The translations under genes and the position numbers were made by a program. From Collinsella sp. (GTDB taxonomy: Bacteria; Actinomycetota; Coriobacteriia; Coriobacteriales; Coriobacteriaceae): DNA of 64,000 nt. Location of the stretch: assembly GCA_019414045.1 (NCBI GenBank), contig DXMW01000018.1, positions 4,872 to 68,871 of the forward strand, given 5' to 3'. Shown here in pieces: positions 57,562-64,000 of this stretch (its first letter is position 1; every line of letters begins with the position of its first letter). The notes below the pieces were generated by a model. That model did no database searches. It saw only the letters and a program-made list of their open reading frames with translations, and was not told the origin of the DNA.

Positions 57562-60030
57562 ATGGAATCGTTGTACCGAAAGTATCGCCCGCTCACCTTT
57601 GACTCCGTGGTGGGCCAGCAGCATATCGTCTCGACGCTCGAGCACGCCATCACCGAGGGGCGCCTGTCCCACGCCTACCTGTTCTGCGGACCGCGCGGCA
57701 CGGGCAAGACCACCATGGCGCGCATTCTGGCCAAGGCGCTGCTGTGCCGCAATGCCGAGGCGGCGCGCGCCGAGGGTGCAAGCGGCTGCATGCCCGACGG
57801 TACTTGCGAGGAGTGCGAGCTCATTGCCGAGGGTAACCACCCCGATGTCTACGAGCTCGATGCCGCCTCCCGCACGGGCGTGGACAATGTGCGCGAGGAA
57901 ATCATCAACTCCGTCAACTTTGCCCCGGTGCGCGGCAAGTACAAGATCTATATCATCGACGAGGTCCACATGCTCACGACGGCGGCGTTCAACGCGCTGC
58001 TCAAGACGCTCGAGGAGCCGCCGGCACACGTGATCTTTGTGCTGTGCACCACCGACCCGCAAAAGATTCTGGAGACCATCCTCTCGCGCTGCCAGCGTTT
58101 CGATTTCCATCGCATCGGCAACGAGGATATCGAGCGTCGCCTGGCATACGTGTGCGAGCAGGAGGGATTCGATTACGACGACGAGGCGCTGGCCATCGTG
58201 GCGCGCCATGCAAAGGGCGGCATGCGCGACGCGTTGTCCACGCTGGAACAGCTGAGCGTTTTTGGCAACGGCGCTGTGCATGCGGACGATGCCCGCTCGC
58301 TTTTGGGCGAGGTTTCGGACCAGATTCTGGGCGAGTTTTCCCGCGCCATTGCCGATCGTGATGTTGCCGAGCTCTATGGACTGATCCGTGCGCAGGTCGA
58401 GGAAGGAAACGACCTGCTGGAGCTGACGCGCGACCTGGTAGCGCATGTGCGTGACGTGTACGTTGCCTGCGTTGCCGGTGCCCGTGCCGAGCTGTTTGAG
58501 GGCGGCTCCGAGCAGGCCGAGGCGCTTGCTGCCGAGGCCGCTGCCTTTGGCGAGCATCCTGCCGACCGCCTGGCCCGCGTGCTGACGGTGCTCGATGATG
58601 CCGCACTGGAGATGAGGGGCGCGAGCGACGTGCGCCTGGTGCTCGAGATCGCCTGCACGCGTCTGGCACGTCCCGAGGCCGATTTGACGATTGAAGCTTT
58701 GGCTGAGCGCGTAGCTCGCTTGGAGGCCATGGTTGCCAACGCCGCCGTTCCGGCGAGCGTGGCTGCTGCCGGCGCTGCGCCTGCAGCTGTTACGGCTGCG
58801 CCCGTGGCGTCACAACAGCCGACGCTGATCTCGGGTGCCCGAGCTGCCACCCCTGCCCCGTCCACTGCCCCCGCCGCTGCGCCCGCGCAACAGGGCGGCA
58901 TGCCTTGGGACCGCGGTGTCGCCGCTCCGGCGGCCCAGCCTGCGCCTCGTCCTGCGTCCGTGGCGACTCCCAAGCCTGTGGCGCCCGCGCCCCAGGCTGC
59001 CCCGGCTACGGCTCCCGCGCCTGCCGCCGCTCCGGCACCCAAGCCCCAACTCAACAATGCCGCCCAGGTTGCTGCCGCCGGCGCCGCCGAGACCCCCGCG
59101 GTCGAGGATGCCGGTGAGCTCCAGCGCAAATGGGCCGAGGTCGTCGAGCGCGTCAAGGCCCAGCAGGCCTCCTACGCGGGGCTTTTGCTTAACGCCCGCG
59201 CTACGGCCGACGATGGCTCCAAGCTCACGGTCTCGTTCCCCGCGGGTTCGACCTTTGCCATCAAGATGCTCGGTCGCGCCGATACGCAGTCGGTGGTCTT
59301 GCCGACAATCAGCGCGGTCTTCGGTCGTCGCACCGTCGACTATGTCCTGGATGGGGGTGGCACGCCGGCTCCTCAACATGAGGAGCATTCTCCATCTGCA
59401 CGGGCTGCGGCATCTGCGGACCCGCAACCCGTGTCCTCGGCGGCCCCTGCATCCTCGAGCGCCAACGCGACGCAGCCAAAAACAGCACCGATAGCGGCAC
59501 CGACCCCGTCGGCGCCTAAGCCCGTCGCGGCCAAATCGGCTGCTCCGGCACCGGCACCCAAGCCCGCCGCCGCGCCTGCGCCCAAGTCATCCGACCTGGG
59601 CAAAGCCCCCTGGCTGCGCTCCGACAACCCCGCTGGCGCTCCTGCCACGGGCAAGCTCCCGACCGAGCCCGCGCCCCGAGCGCCCGAGCGCGCGTCCGCT
59701 CCCAAGGCTCAGCCGTCTGCGCAGTCTGCACCGTGGGAATCCGAGCAGGTGCCCTACGATGACGCCATGGTCGGCGGCTTTGCAGGCGATGTGAGCGGGG
59801 ACGATCTGCCTCCGTTCGACGTGCCGGGTGCGACGCCCGCGCCCAAGCCCGCTGCAACTGCCCCCAAAGAGGAGGACGCTCCTGCAGCTCCCTGGGAGTC
59901 CAACCCCGGCACGGGCAGTCCCTTCGGCCATCAGGGCGCAGCCCCATGCATCCCGCAGACCGAGGACGAGGCCAAAGCCCTCATCCGCAGCGTCTTCGGC
60001 CAGTCCACCATCTTCAAACCGGTGGAGTAG
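57562..60030 (+). CDS. dnaX: DNA polymerase III gamma/tau
   Basis: LYRKYRP, GPRGTGKT, DEVHML, SRC, GGMRDA motifs; long Pro/Ala linkers. Confidence 0.97.
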   Translation: MESLYRKYRPLTFDSVVGQQHIVSTLEHAITEGRLSHAYLFCGPRGTGKTTMARILAKALLCRNAEAARAEGASGCMPDGTCEECELIAEGNHPDVYELDAASRTGVDNVREEIINSVNFAPVRGKYKIYIIDEVHMLTTAAFNALLKTLEEPPAHVIFVLCTTDPQKILETILSRCQRFDFHRIGNEDIERRLAYVCEQEGFDYDDEALAIVARHAKGGMRDALSTLEQLSVFGNGAVHADDARSLLGEVSDQILGEFSRAIADRDVAELYGLIRAQVEEGNDLLELTRDLVAHVRDVYVACVAGARAELFEGGSEQAEALAAEAAAFGEHPADRLARVLTVLDDAALEMRGASDVRLVLEIACTRLARPEADLTIEALAERVARLEAMVANAAVPASVAAAGAAPAAVTAAPVASQQPTLISGARAATPAPSTAPAAAPAQQGGMPWDRGVAAPAAQPAPRPASVATPKPVAPAPQAAPATAPAPAAAPAPKPQLNNAAQVAAAGAAETPAVEDAGELQRKWAEVVERVKAQQASYAGLLLNARATADDGSKLTVSFPAGSTFAIKMLGRADTQSVVLPTISAVFGRRTVDYVLDGGGTPAPQHEEHSPSARAAASADPQPVSSAAPASSSANATQPKTAPIAAPTPSAPKPVAAKSAAPAPAPKPAAAPAPKSSDLGKAPWLRSDNPAGAPATGKLPTEPAPRAPERASAPKAQPSAQSAPWESEQVPYDDAMVGGFAGDVSGDDLPPFDVPGATPAPKPAATAPKEEDAPAAPWESNPGTGSPFGHQGAAPCIPQTEDEAKALIRSVFGQSTIFKPVE

Positions 60031-60084
60031 CTGTACGGGCGGGTATACTGCTCAGGAAGAGACTTCTTTGAACGGAGCGAGCTT

Positions 60085-60345
60085 ATGATGTGGGAATATG
60101 TCCGCCTCGAGGACGATACGCAAGTTTCGTATTCCGAAGTCCGTGAGGACAACACGGTGAAGGTCGTTGTGGAGCGCCCGCGCGATTGGGGTTTTGACGC
60201 GGCGGAGTGTATCTTGCCGGCATTCAATTGGGTGTCACATGAGGGCTTTAGCGAAGCGGACCTCAAAGAACTCGATGATTTCGTGCGTAACAATGCCCCG
60301 CTCATCCTGCGTTTTGCCTACGAAGGCGGACGAGTCTATGCCTAG
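60085..60345 (+). CDS. Small hypothetical protein, probable first gene of a two-gene TA-like pair
   Basis: GGAG RBS; stop overlaps a second ATG (MPSLFRLG). Confidence 0.7.
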   Translation: MMWEYVRLEDDTQVSYSEVREDNTVKVVVERPRDWGFDAAECILPAFNWVSHEGFSEADLKELDDFVRNNAPLILRFAYEGGRVYA

Positions 60346-60385
60346 TCTCTTCCGACTCGGCCATATATCACTTTCTTTTGTCCGG
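60338..60385 (+). pseudogene. Stub of a DUF4160-like partner gene
   Basis: MPSLFRLG then PYITFF in the shifted frame; the rest is replaced by an opposite-strand gene. Confidence 0.45.
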
Positions 60386-60835
60386 GCGCATCTGTATTTC
60401 GGACATGTGTAGTGTGGTGCCGCGTATATCGCATTCGAGCAGACAAGCGCGTGACGGTCGGCCTAGGGTGCTGAGGTCGACACGATACGTCGCGCGGCTG
60501 TCCGTGTACTCGACTTGCTCGGCGTTGACGGTTGCTCCGATTGTAAATAAAGAGCCCAGTTCGGCATCGACAATCTTGGAGTCCTTTATCTTGACCTTGA
60601 ACTCTTGGTAGAGGGACGGGCTGTTGTAGTAAATGGTTCGAGTTCCGTCGGTGCACTCATCGGTCGCTTCCCATTTGACGACGGGCTGGTCCGAGCTGGC
60701 TATCAGCAGCTCTGCTCCAAAGGCTATAGCATGGGTGATGACAACCAATAATGCCCAGCCGACAAAGAGATAGAGAACCACATATGCAACGGGGTGTTTT
60801 GAGCGGATGTTTTGGAGCGCGTCGGGGGCATTCAT
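60368..60835 (-). CDS. Hypothetical membrane-anchored protein
   Basis: GGAGG RBS, N-terminal TM helix, 4 Cys. Confidence 0.7.
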   Translation of the reverse strand: MNAPDALQNIRSKHPVAYVVLYLFVGWALLVVITHAIAFGAELLIASSDQPVVKWEATDECTDGTRTIYYNSPSLYQEFKVKIKDSKIVDAELGSLFTIGATVNAEQVEYTDSRATYRVDLSTLGRPSRACLLECDIRGTTLHMSEIQMRPDKRK

Positions 60836-61174
60836 GGGGCACCTCCAAATTGCTATCTATGACAATTAAATTATACCCTGCCGCCATGTGCTTCGCCTCG
60901 AGCAGCGGTTTGGCATTTAGCTATTTAGTGGCACACATGAAATGCCGGATTCGGCTCTACTAGATTGAGTATGCGATATTATGCAACCTTGCATAATTCG
61001 GCCTTGCATAATCTTTGCGCGTGGTTTGTATTGGAGGACATGTATATCGACTGAGGTAGCGTGTCCGCCCCGCTTGCTTGCCCCGCGCCGTGGTACGATT
61101 TTTGAGTTTGAAAGTCCCGTCGCGCTCCGGCTGCCCTTGCAGCTTGTCGCGCGGCCGCACGTAAAGGAGCCATC

Positions 61175-61495
61175 ATGGCCGGTATGAACATGCAGCAAAT
61201 GATGAAGCAGGCTCGCAAGATGCAGGAGCAGCTTGCCGCCGCGCAGGAAAACCTTAAGTCCCAGACCGTCGACGCCTCTGCCGGCGGCGGCATGGTCAAG
61301 GTGACCGTTAACGGCGAGATGGAGCTCGTCAACCTCACCATCGACCCCGATGCCCTCGATCCCGAGGACGTCGATATGCTGCAGGACATGATCATGGCTG
61401 CCGTCAACGAGGCCGTTCGCGGCGTCAACGAGCTCGCCAACAAGCAGATGGGCGCCATCACTGGCGGCCTCAACATCCCGGGCATGCCGTTCTAA
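61175..61495 (+). CDS. ybaB: Nucleoid-associated protein YbaB/EbfC
   Basis: [29 protein letters not shown] motifs; precedes recR. Confidence 0.95.
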   Translation: MAGMNMQQMMKQARKMQEQLAAAQENLKSQTVDASAGGGMVKVTVNGEMELVNLTIDPDALDPEDVDMLQDMIMAAVNEAVRGVNELANKQMGAITGGLNIPGMPF

Positions 61496-61508
61496 GACGC
61501 GCATATAT

Positions 61509-62105
61509 ATGAGTGCCAACCATAGCCTGCAAAAACTGCTCGATGAGCTGGGCCGCCTGCCGGGCATTGGCCCCAAGTCGGCTCAGCGCATCGCCTATTA
61601 CCTGCTCGAGGCCGATGCCGAGGAAGCGCGTCGCCTGGCCGAGGCCATCCTGGAGGTTAAGCAGGAGGTTCACTTTTGCAGCCGCTGTTTTAACTACGCC
61701 ACGGCCGACGAGTGCTCCATCTGCCAGGATTCGATGCGCGATACCACTCGCATTTGCGTGGTGGGCGAGCCGCGCGATGTCCAGGCGATTGAGCGCACGG
61801 GCAGCTACCATGGTCTCTACCACGTATTGGGCGGCGTGATCAGTCCCATGGACAAGATTGGCCCCGAGCAGCTGCACATTCGTGAGCTGTTGGCGCGCTT
61901 GGGGCACGAGGATATCACCGAGGTCATTATCGCCACCAACCCCAATATCGAGGGCGAGACCACGGCGAGCTACCTGGCGCGTACCATTAAGCCGCTGGGC
62001 GTTGAGGTGTCGCGTCTGGCGAGCGGCCTTCCCGTGGGCGGCGACCTGGAGTATGCCGACGAGCTTACGCTTGGGCGCGCCATCGAGGCCCGTCGCACGA
62101 TTTAG
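61509..62105 (+). CDS. recR: Recombination mediator RecR
   Basis: [12 protein letters not shown]4 zinc finger, [21 protein letters not shown] motifs. Confidence 0.98.
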   Translation: MSANHSLQKLLDELGRLPGIGPKSAQRIAYYLLEADAEEARRLAEAILEVKQEVHFCSRCFNYATADECSICQDSMRDTTRICVVGEPRDVQAIERTGSYHGLYHVLGGVISPMDKIGPEQLHIRELLARLGHEDITEVIIATNPNIEGETTASYLARTIKPLGVEVSRLASGLPVGGDLEYADELTLGRAIEARRTI

Positions 62106-62349
62106 GTGGCGAGCCTGCTCCTGCCGTATGTCTTCATCGCGACGCACGGGGTAGTCATAATTCCCCGTGCGACTATAAGTTTGTTGTGCAACAAAGATAC
62201 TTTGTATCCGCTTATCGCATGGATGCTTCCATTCGCATCCTTAATTTGCTCATTCGTTGCGCAACCTTTTGGGTTCGCTGATACACTCAAATATGGATTC
62301 GAATGAATGCGCCGCTCCCGAGCGGCGTGTTTTTGTTGGAGGAGAACGC

Positions 62350-63255
62350 ATGCGGCCCGGTGGCACTCAGACAAAGCGCGGCGCCGCGGTGCGCATGCGA
62401 CGCCGACTGGGCTTGGCGCCTCGGGCGTACGCGCTGCTGTCGTGCTCGCTGGTGCTGGTCATAGCTGGCGTTTCTGCCTATGGCATGACCGTGCCGTCCA
62501 TGATACAGGCACATGCCGCACGCGAACCGCGCGTAGGGCATGAGGTCAAAAGTGACCTGGGCACCACGACTGGATATGCTTGGGCAAGTGTGGTCGCGCA
62601 TATTGTGTTTGGCACTGACGACGCGGACGGCACCGAGGCCCCGGACAACGAAGTCACGCTTGCCAATGGCAAAACCATCGTGCTCACCAACACCAAGATC
62701 ATCGATCGGTTGTCCAACAATAGCGTGGCGGCAACGGTGAATAAGGTCGAGCAGCAGAAGGAGCAGGACGCCCAGCAGTCCGGAAAGCCCGGTAGCTCGG
62801 ATACTTCTGGCTCCGGCTCGGATTCGTCGAGTTCGGGCGGCGGCTCTGGGTCGGGTTCCTCTGCCGGAGGGTCTGGAAACGGCGGCTCGACGGGCGGCAA
62901 CACTGACAACGATGCAAACTCCGGTGGCCTTTCCGCTGCTGAGGAAGAGAGCATTCACAGTTGGCTTGTGACCAAGTACAACATGCTCGACGGCTATGTT
63001 TCTCGCGCCAATGACGTGGTTTCGACCTATAACTCTACGGGAGATCCCAGGCCGTGCGACAGCCTGGTCGGGGAGATGTTTGTTATTCGAGCCGAGTTCG
63101 GTCGTCAGACATTCTCGCCCCGGTCAAAGTGGTATCAGCAGTATGCCAATCTGTGGGGCTGTTACACCAACCTATGTCAATGGGTCGGCCATTACGGCGA
63201 TGATGACGTCGCGCTCGGTAACTTCAACAATAACGTGGCGGCGCTTGCCCTATGA
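62350..63255 (+). CDS. Membrane-anchored protein with Gly/Ser-rich linker and helical C-terminal domain (start uncertain)
   Basis: GGAGGAG RBS before ATG 62350; TM helix; stop overlaps the kinase start. Confidence 0.7.
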   Translation: MRPGGTQTKRGAAVRMRRRLGLAPRAYALLSCSLVLVIAGVSAYGMTVPSMIQAHAAREPRVGHEVKSDLGTTTGYAWASVVAHIVFGTDDADGTEAPDNEVTLANGKTIVLTNTKIIDRLSNNSVAATVNKVEQQKEQDAQQSGKPGSSDTSGSGSDSSSSGGGSGSGSSAGGSGNGGSTGGNTDNDANSGGLSAAEEESIHSWLVTKYNMLDGYVSRANDVVSTYNSTGDPRPCDSLVGEMFVIRAEFGRQTFSPRSKWYQQYANLWGCYTNLCQWVGHYGDDDVALGNFNNNVAALAL

Positions 63256-64000
63256 TGACCGATCTTGCATTCACCACACCACAATCGCTCGGTCGCGATC
63301 CCATGGTCGGCCTGCGCCTGGCGCGTGTCGACGGGTTTGAGCCGGCCATTGCGCTCGGTCAGGACGAACTGCCTGCCTATCTGCGTCGTTTTACGATGCT
63401 GTTTGCCGACGATGCCACCATGCGTCGTGGCGGCATCGGCCGCGTGACGCGTGCCGTCAACGCCCAAGGCGAGGCCGTGGCGCTCAAGCAGCTCATCTTG
63501 CCGACGCGCGATGAGTTTGACGACGATGCAACTCACGAGGCACTGGTCGCCAAGTTCAAGGCGGCGTTTCGCGAGGAATATGAATGCCATCGCGCCCTTT
63601 CGGGTCTTAAGGGCTTTCCCCGCCTCTATGGCTGGGGCGAGGTCGACGGTGTGCCTGCAATTGTCATGGAATGGGTCGAGGGCGAGACGCTTGCCCGCTT
63701 GCGTTCGCGACTCGCCGTGGACGATGCCGGACGCCTGTCGCCGCTTGTGGCGGCGCGTCTGGGTCGCGACCTGTTCGATCTGCTCTGCCGTATGAGCCTG
63801 GTGGGTGAGGGCTTTGTCCATCGCGATATCTCGCCCGCTAATATTATGGTGCGTACGGCGCGTCTACCGCTTGACCGGCAGCTTGCCGAGGGCACCTTTG
63901 ACCTGTGCCTGATCGACTTTGGCTCGTCGCTGGCGCTTGAGCCTGCGCCGGCCGTGGCCGGTACCGGCGGCAAGGCGTCGTTTACGGAGCGTTATGCCAC
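63252..64000 (+). CDS. Ser/Thr protein kinase, partial (runs off window end)
   Basis: Manual translation: RRGGIGRV...VALKQL...FVHRDISPANIMV...LCLIDFGS. Confidence 0.9.
   Translation, partial: MMTDLAFTTPQSLGRDPMVGLRLARVDGFEPAIALGQDELPAYLRRFTMLFADDATMRRGGIGRVTRAVNAQGEAVALKQLILPTRDEFDDDATHEALVAKFKAAFREEYECHRALSGLKGFPRLYGWGEVDGVPAIVMEWVEGETLARLRSRLAVDDAGRLSPLVAARLGRDLFDLLCRMSLVGEGFVHRDISPANIMVRTARLPLDRQLAEGTFDLCLIDFGSSLALEPAPAVAGTGGKASFTERYA

Noticed and set aside
57562..60030. E. coli-type dnaX -1 frameshift signal
   Set aside because: No A AAA AAG slippery site seen; Pro/Ala linkers are usual in actinobacterial DnaX

Overview
GC-rich chromosomal window, very likely from a gut Coriobacteriia bacterium (Collinsella-like; inferred from gene content and codon style, not from a search). 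In order it holds: a [NiFe]-hydrogenase maturation cluster (hypE partial, hypD, hypC, hypF, nikR); trxA; a rearranged patch (truncated histidine kinase, membrane protein, one complete IS3-family element, one decayed IS3 remnant); the nadABC-niaR operon with its operator; a ferredoxin; dnaK-grpE-dnaJ-hspR and clpB sharing a HAIR-like box; an aconitase-family hydratase; a TetR/DUF5692/Fe-S flavoprotein/HypA module; a Firmicutes-type mannose PTS; tRNA-Arg(CCT) followed by tRNA-derived repeats; the fhaA-fhaB-pstP-rodA/pbpA(fused)-pknB cluster; a seemingly lower-GC island (double-LuxR membrane regulator, secreted protein, ABC system); dnaX, ybaB, recR; and a partial third Ser/Thr kinase. The best candidates for undescribed biology are the GGGACAG-loop hairpins bracketing accessory genes, the secreted-protein/ABC island, the HypA-linked oxidoreductase module, the alternating-orientation 62-bp-period arrays and the tRNA sense/antisense repeats. 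All family names come from motif recognition by eye and need HMM confirmation.
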